From an uncultured Actinomycetota bacterium (lineage in GTDB: Bacteria; Actinomycetota; Actinomycetes; JAHEKZ01), in contig CAVQYR010000001.1 of NCBI GenBank assembly GCA_963718235.1, forward strand, positions 1,824,001-1,888,000: a stretch of DNA of 64,000 bases, in the 5' to 3' direction. The notes under the pieces are model-generated. The model worked only from the letters and a program-made list of their open reading frames with translations, was not told where the DNA came from and did not search any database. Below, in pieces: positions 19,115-28,593 of this stretch (the first letter of the stretch is position 1; the number at the start of each line of letters is the position of its first letter). A program made the position numbers and the translations under genes.

Positions 19115-19879
19115 CTAGTGACCCATGCCGAGTCCGCCGTCGACCGGGATCACCGCTCCGGTGATGTAGCCGGCTTGGTCGCTCGCCAAGAACCCGACGA
19201 CTCCGGCGATCTCCTCGGCCGAGGCGTAGCGGGCCAGCGGCACCGAGGAGAGGATCTCCGCCGAGCGCGCCTCGTCCAGCGTCGCGGTCATGTCCGTGGT
19301 GACGAAACCCGGGGCCACGACGTTGGCGGTGATCGAGCGGCTGCCCAGCTCGCGGGCCAGGGATCGGGCGAACCCGACCAGCCCGGCCTTGGACGCCGCA
19401 TAGTTGGCCTGGCCGGCTGAGCCGGACAGCCCGACGACCGAGGAGATGAAGATCAACCGACCCCGCCTCAGCCGCAGCATGCCCTTGGCGGCCCGGCGCG
19501 ACACCCTGAACGCACCGGTGAGGTTCGTGTCGAGCACCGAGGTGAAGTCGTCGTCGGTCATCCGCAGGAGCAGGGTGTCGCGGGTGATCCCGGCGTTGGC
19601 CACGAGCACCTCGACCGGACCGTGCTGCGCGACCACCGCATCGAAAGCAGCATCCAGGGAGGCGTCGTCGGTGACGTCGGCGCGCACGCCCAGGAACCCC
19701 TCGGGCGGCTCCCCCGAGCGGTAGGTCACCGCCACGCGGTCACCCAGGTCGGCGAAGTGGCGCGCCACTGCGAGTCCGATGCCCCGGTTGCCACCGGTGA
19801 CGAGGACCGACCGGCCACCGACGCCCGCGTCCGGGGTGCCTCCGACCGCCGGGGCAGTGGTGAGGGGCGACTCCGACAC
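19115..19879 (-). CDS. fabG: 3-oxoacyl-ACP reductase
   Basis: TGGNRGIG, NAGITRD, YAASK, VDGGLGMGH; AGGAGG RBS before GTG 19879. Confidence 0.95.
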   Translation of the reverse strand: MSESPLTTAPAVGGTPDAGVGGRSVLVTGGNRGIGLAVARHFADLGDRVAVTYRSGEPPEGFLGVRADVTDDASLDAAFDAVVAQHGPVEVLVANAGITRDTLLLRMTDDDFTSVLDTNLTGAFRVSRRAAKGMLRLRRGRLIFISSVVGLSGSAGQANYAASKAGLVGFARSLARELGSRSITANVVAPGFVTTDMTATLDEARSAEILSSVPLARYASAEEIAGVVGFLASDQAGYITGAVIPVDGGLGMGH

Positions 19880-19983
19880 CCGACCTCCTGGACGACGTGC
19901 TGCCGTGGCAGCGGTGATGCGAGACGACCGCGGCACGCTATCGGGCTACCGGCGAGTACGACGAACCCGGGTACGTTGGCGCG

Positions 19984-21510
19984 ATGACCAGTGTGCCCTC
20001 GGCTCGTCACCGCGTTGACGACCAGTTCCTCGCCCTGCCCATGCGGGTGCTCGCCGACGCAGCCCTGCAGAGGGCCTCCGACCTGGGAGCCACGTACGCG
20101 GCCTTTCGTCTGGCCAGGACGAGGGGCAACAGCGTGCGGTTTCGCGACGGTGCGCTAGAGGGGATCAACGACTCCGAGGAGGTCGGGTACTCGGTGCGGG
20201 TGGTCGTCGACGGCACCTGGGGGTTTGCGGCCGACATCGTGCGCACGCCCGAGGCCGCGGCGCTGACCGCCGAGCGTGCGGTGGCCCTGGCCCGGGTCAG
20301 TCGACCGGTCAACACCGAGCCGGTGGAGCTGGCGCCCGAGCCTTCCCATGGTGACGTCACCTGGGTGTCGAGCTACCGGATCGACCCGTTCGCCGTCAGC
20401 GACTCCGACAAGGCCGCTCGTCTCGAGCAGTGGAGCCGCCGGCTCCTGGACCAGCCAGGGGTCGACCACGTCGATGCGTCGCTGCTCAGCCTGAAGGAGA
20501 ACACCTTCTACGCCGACCTGAACGGCACGGTGGCGACCCAGCAGCGGGTGCGGTTGCACCCGAACCTGACGGCGGTGACCGTCAGCGCCGAGACCGGAGG
20601 CTTCGAGAGCATGTCGACGGTGGCTCCCCCGGTCGGGCGAGGCTTCGAGTACCTCGACGGTGAGGGATGGGACTGGGACGCCGAGCTGGAGCAGCTGCCG
20701 GCGTGGCTGGTGGAAAAGCTCGGGGCCCCGTCGATCGAGCCCGGTGAGTACGACCTGGTCATCCACCCCACCAACCTGTGGCTCACCATCCACGAGTCGA
20801 TCGGGCACGCCACCGAGCTGGACCGGGCCCTGGGCTACGAGGCGAACTACGCCGGGATGTCCTTCGCGACTCCCGACCAGCTCGGCACGCTGCGCTACGG
20901 CTCGCCGCTGATGAACGTCACCGGTGACCGGGTGGTCGAGCACGGTCTGTCGACGGTGGCGATCGACGACGAGGGGGTCGCCGCTGCACAGTTCGACATC
21001 GTCCGCGACGGCGTCCTCGTCGGTTACCAGCTGGACCGCCGGATCGCGGCGGCCTACGGGTTCGCCAGCAGCAACGGCTGCGCCTACGCCGATGCCCCGG
21101 ACCACGTGCCGATCCAGCGCATGGCCAACGTCTCGCTGGCCCCCGATCCCCAGGGCTCTGGGCTCGACGACCTGGTGTCCGGAGTCGAGGACGGGATCCT
21201 GGTCGTGGGCGACAAGAGCTGGTCGATCGACCAGCAGCGCTACAACTTCCAGTTCACCGGTCAACGGTTCTTCCGGATCAGGTCAGGGGCACTCGCCGGC
21301 CAGGTCCGCGACGTGGCCTACCAGGCGACCACCACCGACTTCTGGGGGTCGATGGTCGCTGTCGGCGGTCCGGAGACCTACCTGCTCGCGGGCGCCTTCA
21401 ACTGTGGCAAGGCGCAGCCGGCGCAGGTGGCACCGGTCAGCCACGGCGCGCCGGCAGCGGTCTTCTCCGGCATCAACATCTTGAACACCCAGCAGGAGGG
21501 CGCCCGATGA
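19984..21510 (+). CDS. tldD: TldD metalloprotease
   Basis: HESIGH zinc motif, QRMAN, GAFNCGK.QP.Q..PVSHG. Confidence 0.92.
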   Translation: MTSVPSARHRVDDQFLALPMRVLADAALQRASDLGATYAAFRLARTRGNSVRFRDGALEGINDSEEVGYSVRVVVDGTWGFAADIVRTPEAAALTAERAVALARVSRPVNTEPVELAPEPSHGDVTWVSSYRIDPFAVSDSDKAARLEQWSRRLLDQPGVDHVDASLLSLKENTFYADLNGTVATQQRVRLHPNLTAVTVSAETGGFESMSTVAPPVGRGFEYLDGEGWDWDAELEQLPAWLVEKLGAPSIEPGEYDLVIHPTNLWLTIHESIGHATELDRALGYEANYAGMSFATPDQLGTLRYGSPLMNVTGDRVVEHGLSTVAIDDEGVAAAQFDIVRDGVLVGYQLDRRIAAAYGFASSNGCAYADAPDHVPIQRMANVSLAPDPQGSGLDDLVSGVEDGILVVGDKSWSIDQQRYNFQFTGQRFFRIRSGALAGQVRDVAYQATTTDFWGSMVAVGGPETYLLAGAFNCGKAQPAQVAPVSHGAPAAVFSGINILNTQQEGAR

Positions 21511-22886
21511 GACCGCAGGAGATCGTCGAGCGGGCGGTCGGGCGGTGCCCGCTGACCGACTACGTCGTGCTGGTCAACGAGCGCAGCGAGGCCAACCTGC
21601 GCTGGGCCGCCAACACGCTGACCACGAACGGGGTCATGCGTGGGCGGTCGGTCACCTTCGTGGCGCTGGACACCCGCGACGATGGCACGGCGGCGGGCGT
21701 CGTCACGAGGAGCGTGGTCGACCGGGACGAGCTCGACGCACTGGTCGACGCCGCTGTTGCTGCGGCCCGGGCGGCCGCTCCTTCCCCTGACGCTGCCCCG
21801 CTGGTGGACGGTGGGTTGTCCGCGGACTTCGAGGCCGAGCCTGCGGACACGTCGGCCGAGGTCTTCTCCGCCTTCGCGCCGCTGCTCGGTGAGGCGTTTG
21901 CTCGTGCGACGTCGGACGGCCGTGAGCTCTTCGGGTTCGCCGAGCACGTGGTCACCACCACCTACCTGGCGTCGAGCGCAGGCACCCGACTGCGGCACGT
22001 GCAGCCCACGGGCAAGGTCGAGGTGACGGGGAAGTCCGCCCATCGCACGCGCTCGTCGTGGGTGGGTCAGTACACGCGTGACTTCACCGATGTCGACATC
22101 CTGGCCATCGACGACCAGCTCGCGACGCGGCTGGGGTGGGAGGACCGGCAGCGGTCCCTTCCACCGGGGCGCTACGACGTGGTCCTGCCGCCGGGAGCGG
22201 TCAGCGACCTGCTCGTGTACGGGTACATCGAAATGGCGGCGCGCGACGCCGCGGAGGGCCGTACGGCCTTCAGCCGTCCCGGCGGGGGAACCCGGGTCGG
22301 CGACCGGCTGGCCACTCGGCCCGTGCAGCTGTTCAGTGACCCCGCCCACCCCGGCCTGGAGTGCGAGCCCTTCGTGGCGGCGTCCTCGTCGTCGTCGCTG
22401 TCGAGCGTCTTCGACAACGGCATCCCGCTCGGTCGGACCGACTGGGTCAAGGACGGTGAGCTCGCTTCCTTGCTGCAGACCCGACACTCCGCCGCGCTGA
22501 CGGGGCTGCCCACCACCCCGTTCGTGGACAACCTGGTCCTCGAGGTCTCCGATGCGTCCGGGAGCCTGGACGACGTCGTCGCGCGGACCGAGCGAGGCCT
22601 GCTGCTGACCACGCTGTGGTACATCCGCGAGGTCGACCCGCAGACCCTGCTGCTCACTGGGCTGACCCGAGACGGGGTCTACCTGGTCGAGGGTGGCGAG
22701 GTGGTCGGCGCGGTGAACAACTTCCGGTTCAACGAGAGCCCGATCGACCTGCTGTCGCGGATCGCCGACGCCGGTGACCCGGTCGTGGCGCTGCCACGGG
22801 AGTGGAACGACTTCTTCGCGCGCGTGTCGATGGCTCCGCTGCGGGTGACCGACTTCAACATGTCGACGGTGAGCCAGGCGTCCTAG
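21507..22886 (+). CDS. TldE/PmbA-like partner protein; 3' end is the integration site
   Basis: LRWAAN.LTTNG, WYIREVDP, TGLTRDG, NNFRFNESP; ATGA-coupled to tldD; no HExxxH. Confidence 0.88.
   Translation: MRPQEIVERAVGRCPLTDYVVLVNERSEANLRWAANTLTTNGVMRGRSVTFVALDTRDDGTAAGVVTRSVVDRDELDALVDAAVAAARAAAPSPDAAPLVDGGLSADFEAEPADTSAEVFSAFAPLLGEAFARATSDGRELFGFAEHVVTTTYLASSAGTRLRHVQPTGKVEVTGKSAHRTRSSWVGQYTRDFTDVDILAIDDQLATRLGWEDRQRSLPPGRYDVVLPPGAVSDLLVYGYIEMAARDAAEGRTAFSRPGGGTRVGDRLATRPVQLFSDPAHPGLECEPFVAASSSSSLSSVFDNGIPLGRTDWVKDGELASLLQTRHSAALTGLPTTPFVDNLVLEVSDASGSLDDVVARTERGLLLTTLWYIREVDPQTLLLTGLTRDGVYLVEGGEVVGAVNNFRFNESPIDLLSRIADAGDPVVALPREWNDFFARVSMAPLRVTDFNMSTVSQAS
22848..22880 (+). repeat. Left att site (direct repeat)
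   Basis: ACCGACTTCAACATGTCGACGGTgAGCCAGGCG; matches 29151-29183 with one mismatch. Confidence 0.9.
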
Positions 22887-22899
22887 GCCCCTGACCTGC

Positions 22900-23975
22900 G
22901 AGGACGCCGCTACGACACCTCCGCGGTCCGCCACACAGTCCGCAAGAGCGGTGTCGAGGATCTTGCGAGCCCGGTCGTCGTCACCGGGCCACAGGTGGGC
23001 GTAGACGCCGAGCGTCACGGCCGCGGTCGCATGCCCCAGGATCGTCTAGACCTGTTTCACGAACGCTCCCCCAGCTATGAGCGCACTAGCGGTGTAGTGC
23101 CGCAGGTCGTGTGTCTTGAAGCTCGTTCCGGTCGCCGCCCACACCGGCTTCCACGCCGTGTACGTCAGCGGATCACCATTCCGGTCAGTGAAGATTGATC
23201 CATCCTCTGCTGTTGGGTAGGTAGCCAAGTGTGCCGCGAGAGCGTCGACAACCACCTGGCCCAGCGGAACGGTGCGGACGCTGCTCCGCGTCTTGGGTGG
23301 ACCGTGCTCGTTCGATCTACCGTCGCGCTGCCTCTCAACTCGCAGTGTGCCCCGGAGGAGGTCGCCGTCGCTGACAACCACGCCCAGCGCCTCGGAGATC
23401 CGAAGCCCGGTGCCAGCAAGCAGGACCAGGAGCGCCCGCTGCCGGGGATCAATGGCCTCCGCCAAGCCTGCGACCTCGGCCGGTGAGGGCGGACGAACCT
23501 CGACCGACGGACGGGAGGGCATCTTGATCCGTTGGCACGGCGAAGCGGGGATCAGTCGGTCATCCACGGTGGCGCCTATCACCTGGCTCAGAACTCGGTA
23601 CACGTTGTGAACCGTGTTCGCAGCCAACGTCTCGGAAAGGGCCGAGACGAGTCGTTGAACACCCGAACGACGCAGCGACGACAACTCTCGCTTGCCCATC
23701 ACGGGCAGGATGTGAACATCGAGTGCGTTGTCGATGACTCGGAGGTAGTTCGGACGATGCACGAGACTCCGACGCCACTCTGTGGCGAATGTCGTCAGAG
23801 CTACCCGGCCAGCTCTCGGGTCAACGTAGGCGCCGGTCAGCACCGCTGTCGTTGTCTCGTCGAGCCACCGCTGTGCATCGACCTTGCGGGTGAAGTGCCG
23901 TGCATGCTCGTGACCATTGCCGTCTCGATATCGGGCGCGGTAGCGACCGTCGGGGCGCTTCTTGATGCTAGACAT
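22900..23975 (-). pseudogene. Tyrosine integrase with in-frame premature TAG
   Basis: TGLRISEALG, PPKT, HDLRH, then VKQV*TILGHATAAVTLGVYAHLWP; TAG at 23046-23048 precedes the catalytic His/Tyr; original 3' end approximate. Confidence 0.88.
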
Positions 23976-24110
23976 TCCCGCCTCCTTCTCGGCGCGCTTA
24001 CGCGCTCTGTACTCCTTCTGGCGAGCCGCGGTCCCGCAGGACGGGGTGCAATAGGTGACACCTGCACGACGGTTCTGGTCCTGCTGGGCTCGACCGACCT
24101 GACGCCCGAA
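23976..24110 (-). pseudogene. C-terminal fragment of a CGNR-like zinc-finger/DNA-binding protein
   Basis: FGRQVGRAQQDQNRRAGVTYCTPSCGTAARQKEYRARKR; no start codon; cut off at the IS110 remnant. Confidence 0.5.
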
Positions 24111-24121
24111 CGTTCGGTGGG

Positions 24122-24687
24122 CGCCTCGACGGCATCAAGAAGCAGATCACCGCCGCGGTGAAGGCCGCACCGACTACCCTGCCGAGCTGCTCGGGGTCGG
24201 CCGGTGATCACCGCGATCGTGGTCGGTGAGGTCCGTGACGTTGCCCGGTTCGTCGACGAGGACCACTTCGCCGCCTACAACGGCACCGCCCCCACGACCT
24301 GGGGATCGGCCGGTGACGCACGACCGTGCGTGGACCGCGGCGGGAACCGGGTCCTCAACCACGCGATCCATATGGCTGCGGTCACCCAGCTGCGCAACCC
24401 CGGAACCGGCCGGGACTACTACCAGCGCAAGATCGACTCGGGGAAGAAGCCGAAGGCAGCACTGCGCTGCCTCAAGCGCCCGGTCAGCGACGCGATCTAC
24501 CGCCGACTCCTCGCCGACGCGCAGAACGAGTTGGGGGGCCCGGGAGGGCACGTGGGGACGACTCGAAACACCAGCGCGACCGGCTCTACCCCTACCGCCT
24601 GCTCTTCGGTGAAGCCACAGCCCGGGCCCCGCGCGAACGCCACGCCCGCCGTGGCGCGGGCGTCTTGACGACAGAGGGGTGCCGTTA
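24122..24687 (+). mobile_element. IS110-family remnant (3' half of recombinase gene, frameshifted, plus right end)
   Basis: GVG.VITAIVVGEVRDVARF...HFAAYNGTAP...GGNRVLNHAIH...YYQRK..GK....ALRCLKR; apparent frameshifts near 24180-24203; N-terminal DEDD domain absent. Confidence 0.85.
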
Positions 24688-24729
24688 GGCGCGCGCTTCG
24701 GACGGGCGGAGGATCTTGATCGGCGAGTG

Positions 24730-25245
24730 TCAGCCTTGGCGTTGCGCGAGTTTCGTCTGGGCGTCAGCGATGGCGGCTTGGAGTGCCTTCACGTGGTGGC
24801 CTTCGGCTTCGCCGACGGCGCGGGTGACGGCTCGCGTCACGGCCGGTTCCACCTTCCCGGCCGCGGAGTGGGGGTAGGCGACGATCAGGCCGGCGCCTCC
24901 GATGGGGATGGTGGTTCCGGCTTGTTCTTCGAGCTTCGCGGCAGTCTTGTGGTGGGCGAGTTTGCCTGCGCCGGCTCCGATGAGGGCGCCGACCGCGGTA
25001 GCGGCGAGCAGGGGTGGGGCAAATAGGCCGACGACGAAGCCCACTGCGCCGAGGCCGGCTGCTCCTTCGCGAACCATGTGGTCGGTTTGCTGCACCTCCA
25101 GCTGGCCTTCGAGGTCCTTGGTGACGACGACCGCGCCGTGCAGGTAGCCGCCACTGGCGAGGACCGACTCGTAGTCTTCTTGGGCCGCATCTTTGGAGAG
25201 GTAGCCGCCGATGAGCACGTCGATGGTCTCGTCGTCGAATGCCAT
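24730..25245 (-). CDS. DUF1269-like membrane-associated protein
   Basis: GAVVVTKD..G.L.V...DH..REGAAGLGAVGFVVGLFAPPLLA..AVGA Gly-zipper; AGGAGG RBS. Confidence 0.75.
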   Translation of the reverse strand: MAFDDETIDVLIGGYLSKDAAQEDYESVLASGGYLHGAVVVTKDLEGQLEVQQTDHMVREGAAGLGAVGFVVGLFAPPLLAATAVGALIGAGAGKLAHHKTAAKLEEQAGTTIPIGGAGLIVAYPHSAAGKVEPAVTRAVTRAVGEAEGHHVKALQAAIADAQTKLAQRQG

Positions 25246-25273
25246 GCTGGGACCTCCTGCGGTGGTGTGCGAG

Positions 25274-27682
25274 TCAGCTGGACAATGCGTGGACCGCCTG
25301 GCCGTGGTGTCCGGCTAGGTGAATCGCCTGCTCGTCCTCTTGGGTGAGGTGGGGCTTGACGTCGAAGACCACCTTCTTGATCGTGCCGGTGAAGGGGAAG
25401 GGCTTGCGGTCGGCGTAGCTCAGGTCGACGACCCCGCCGTTGTCGCGTCCGACGTCCATTCCGGCGTAGCCGGAGAACCGGATGGGGACGGTGTGGTCCA
25501 TCCGACCGCTTCCTACTGCCTTGTCGTTGACGAACAAGGTAACCTCGCCGCCGGTTGCCGGTTTCGCGGCGTCGGCGGCGAACTCCATGCGTACGGCTAC
25601 CTCGCCGGTTGGCAGCGGTTCGGTGGCCTGCTGCCGGAAGAGGAAGACTCCCATCATGGAGTAGGTGTGAGTGAGCCGTCCGCCGTCGATGAAAAGGGAG
25701 AATCCACCCAGGTGGTCGGCTTCGGCGACGATGACTCCCTCGGCGCCGCCCTCGGGGATGACCAGGTCGGCGCTGATCGAGTAGGAGTGGTTATAGATGC
25801 GGGGGACCATCCCGGCGAGGACGTTCTCCACATCACCACGGAACTCGAACGTGGCGACTTCCGGTAGCGGCGGTGCGATCCCGAAGAACACCCCGAGTGT
25901 GGCCAGCAGCGGAAGCACCTTGTACTTCTCCGCTTCTGACCAGAACAACGCCCGAAGTTCCTCGACCTTCTCCGGGTGCTGTGCGGCCAGGTCGTGGGCC
26001 TGGCTGAAGTCGTCGGGGAGGTAGTAGAGCTCGACGGGGTCGTCGTCGGGGTTCCACACTCCCGGTGCGTAAGGTTGCAGTGCAGCCGGGGTGAGGACCC
26101 AGGGGATCCGTTCGGTGCGCATCGCGAGCCACCAGCCGTCCTTGTACATCGCCCGGTTGCCGACGCTCTCGAAGTACTGCTGGGTGTGCCGTTCCGCCGC
26201 CGCAGCATCGGTGAGGGAGTCCGCGAAAGTCACGCCGTGCATGGGCTCCTGCGCGATCCCATCCACCTCGCCGGGCGCCGGAATGCCACACACGTCCAGA
26301 ATCGTCGGCGCAAGATCGGTGACATGGGTGAACTGCGACCGCAGACCACCGACTTCGGTGATCCGCTCCGGCCAGTGGATGACCATCGGGTTGCGGGTTC
26401 CGCCGAGGTGGGACCCGACCTGCTTGCCCCATTGGAAAGGTGTGTTGCCCGCCCACGCCCAGGCTGCTGAGTAGTGCGGGTCCATCATCGCCCCGCCCCA
26501 GGCATCCATCCCGCCGTACCGCTCGGCCAGCTGCAGCTGCATCTCGTCGGTCAGCGGGATCCCGTTCTGCATCGTCAACTCGTTGAACGAGCCGGTCAGC
26601 GACCCCTCCATGCTGGCCCCGTTGTCCCCCCAGATCCAGATCACCAAGGTGTTATCGAGCTCGCCGAGCTCCTCGATCGCGTGGATCACCCGACCGACAT
26701 TGTGGTCGGCGTTCTCCGAGAAGCCGGCGTATACCTCCATCTGCCGGGCGTAGTAGGCCTTCAGAGGCTCGGACAGGCTGTCCCATGCCGGGAACGCGTC
26801 GTTGCGCACGGTGAGCTCAGCGTCCGCAGGCACGACACCGAGTTGCTTCTGCCGAGCGAAGACCTCCTCGCGCATCTGGTCCCAGCCCTGGTCGAACCGA
26901 CCCTTGTACTTCTGTGCCCAGTTGTCAGCGACGTGGTGCGGAGCGTGGCTGCAGCCGGTAGCGAAGTAGGTGAAGAACGGCTTGGTCGCGTCCTGGGCCC
27001 GGACCCCGTGCAGCCACTGGATGGTCTTGTCGGCCATCGCGTCGGGTAGGTAGTAGGGGTTGTCCTCGTCGTAGAACGCCGGGTCGGTGCCGATGATCTT
27101 CTGGTTCTCCGCCAGACACGGATCCCACTGACTGGCGCCCCCACCCAGGAAGCCGTAGAAGTAGTCGAATCCCCAACCGTTCGGCCACCGGTCCAACGGA
27201 CCGGAGGGCCCTTGCTGGCCATCCGGGGTCAGGTGCCACTTGCCGAACGCCGCCGTGCTGTAGCCGTTGTCCCGCAGGATCCGCGGCAACGGCGCACAGT
27301 CATGGGGCAGGAGCGCGGTGTAGCCAGGGAAGCCGTTCGAGAACTCACCCACCGACCCGAAGCCGACCGTGTGACTGTTCCGTCCGGTCAAGAGCGCGGC
27401 ACGGGTCGGCGAGCACAAAGCCGTGACATGGAACCGGTTGTACCGTAGGCCCCCCTCAGCGATCCGGGTGAAGTTCGGGGTGTCGATCGGACCACCGAAC
27501 GTACTCGGGTTGCCGAACCCAGCGTCATCGATTAGGACGACCAGCACGTTTGGAGCCCCCGCCGGCGGATGCGGATGATCTATCTGCGCCCAGTCCGGTT
27601 CGCAGCCGTCAAGAGTTCGATTGGCCCGCCCGCCGAAGGTCGGGCGCCGGATCGGGAGTTTGGTGCGATCTGGCTCACTCAT
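25274..27682 (-). CDS. Arylsulfatase (Cys-type, formylglycine dependent) with C-terminal beta-sandwich domain
   Basis: PNVLVVLIDDAG, CSPTRAALLTGR, GKWHL, GDNG; GAGGAG RBS. Confidence 0.93.
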   Translation of the reverse strand: MSEPDRTKLPIRRPTFGGRANRTLDGCEPDWAQIDHPHPPAGAPNVLVVLIDDAGFGNPSTFGGPIDTPNFTRIAEGGLRYNRFHVTALCSPTRAALLTGRNSHTVGFGSVGEFSNGFPGYTALLPHDCAPLPRILRDNGYSTAAFGKWHLTPDGQQGPSGPLDRWPNGWGFDYFYGFLGGGASQWDPCLAENQKIIGTDPAFYDEDNPYYLPDAMADKTIQWLHGVRAQDATKPFFTYFATGCSHAPHHVADNWAQKYKGRFDQGWDQMREEVFARQKQLGVVPADAELTVRNDAFPAWDSLSEPLKAYYARQMEVYAGFSENADHNVGRVIHAIEELGELDNTLVIWIWGDNGASMEGSLTGSFNELTMQNGIPLTDEMQLQLAERYGGMDAWGGAMMDPHYSAAWAWAGNTPFQWGKQVGSHLGGTRNPMVIHWPERITEVGGLRSQFTHVTDLAPTILDVCGIPAPGEVDGIAQEPMHGVTFADSLTDAAAAERHTQQYFESVGNRAMYKDGWWLAMRTERIPWVLTPAALQPYAPGVWNPDDDPVELYYLPDDFSQAHDLAAQHPEKVEELRALFWSEAEKYKVLPLLATLGVFFGIAPPLPEVATFEFRGDVENVLAGMVPRIYNHSYSISADLVIPEGGAEGVIVAEADHLGGFSLFIDGGRLTHTYSMMGVFLFRQQATEPLPTGEVAVRMEFAADAAKPATGGEVTLFVNDKAVGSGRMDHTVPIRFSGYAGMDVGRDNGGVVDLSYADRKPFPFTGTIKKVVFDVKPHLTQEDEQAIHLAGHHGQAVHALSS

Positions 27683-27917
27683 GGCGTCTCCTCGGGGCGG
27701 CAGGAAGGACTCAATCAGAGACTAGTGGTAGCGCGGCACACAGCGATTCCCTCCGCCATTCGGTCCCGGCCGGACCGATGGGACATCCCACTGCCGCCCT
27801 GGGCGCGGAACTGTCGCCACTCACTGCCCGGGGGGCCTATGGCTCTGCCCGGCGTGGCCGGAGCCACGTAGACAAGGAGGAGTCAACGGATGGAGATGCC
27901 TGACGTTCGATAACTGG

Positions 27918-28136
27918 TTGTTCTGGACGCTGTTCATCCTCGTCTGGGTCGCACTCGCCTTCTGGCCGGCCCGGGTCGCCGGACGTAAAGGTCACAGCTT
28001 CCTCGGCTACTTCTTGTTCAGCCTGCTGTTCTTCCCGGCTGCGCTGATCACCGCGTACATGGTGCGCGACCGGAGTCGGTTGTCCACGACGGCCACGACC
28101 GTTACTCCCGCCGGATCGGCGTACGCCGCTAGCTGA
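27918..28136 (+). CDS. Small membrane protein
   Basis: FWPARVAGRKGHSFLGYFLFSLLFFPAALI..Y.V.DR with two hydrophobic segments; AAGGAGG and ATGs lie upstream in another frame, so the start is uncertain. Confidence 0.65.
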   Translation: MFWTLFILVWVALAFWPARVAGRKGHSFLGYFLFSLLFFPAALITAYMVRDRSRLSTTATTVTPAGSAYAAS

Positions 28137-28236
28137 ACGCACCTGACTCAACCTCGAAGGGATAAACCGAATGGAGATGCAGCACATGAGGCCAGGGCAT
28201 CGATGAGGCTGGCAAGGCGGGTAGTGAACTTCATGA

Positions 28237-28593
28237 CACGCTCCTTCGACCATTGGACGCCACAACCGAACTCACCAAGAGTCCCCGGCACCGGCGCTTC
28301 TGTCTGTTTCGGAGCGACTCTTCGGCGACGGGGGGGCTGGATCAGCAGGGTTCACATCTGAACGGATCGGTGTCGGCCACTACAAGCTCACCTTTACCCC
28401 TGGGACCTTCACCAGCTGCCCGAACGTCACGGTATCGGCAGCTATGACCTACACGGATGTCTACGTCGTCGGATCTTTGGCGAACAGCTACGAGGAGTTC
28501 GACGGCACTAGAACCATCGAGGTGCTCATGGCGGCAGTCAGTACGAACTCGTTGGTCGACAACTCGTTCTACTTCATCGCCACGTCGGCGTAG
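28237..28593 (+). pseudogene. Start-less fragment of a beta-rich surface/fibre-like C-terminal domain
   Basis: Open frame absent from the ORF track: GSAGFTSERIGVGHYKLTFTPGTFTSCPNVTVSA...DNSFYFIATSA*. Confidence 0.45.

Noticed and set aside
21378-23018. 546-aa minus-strand ORF
   Set aside because: Only the first ~30 residues are meaningful (integrase tail after the amber); the rest is antisense to tldE
23046-23048. Programmed amber readthrough (e.g. pyrrolysine) in the integrase
   Set aside because: No pyl genes in the window, neighbouring genes are decayed, and CAG->TAG is the simpler explanation
27890-28180. 10-bp direct repeat ATGGAGATGC flanking the small membrane gene
   Set aside because: Too short, with no terminal inverted repeats or transposase; could be chance
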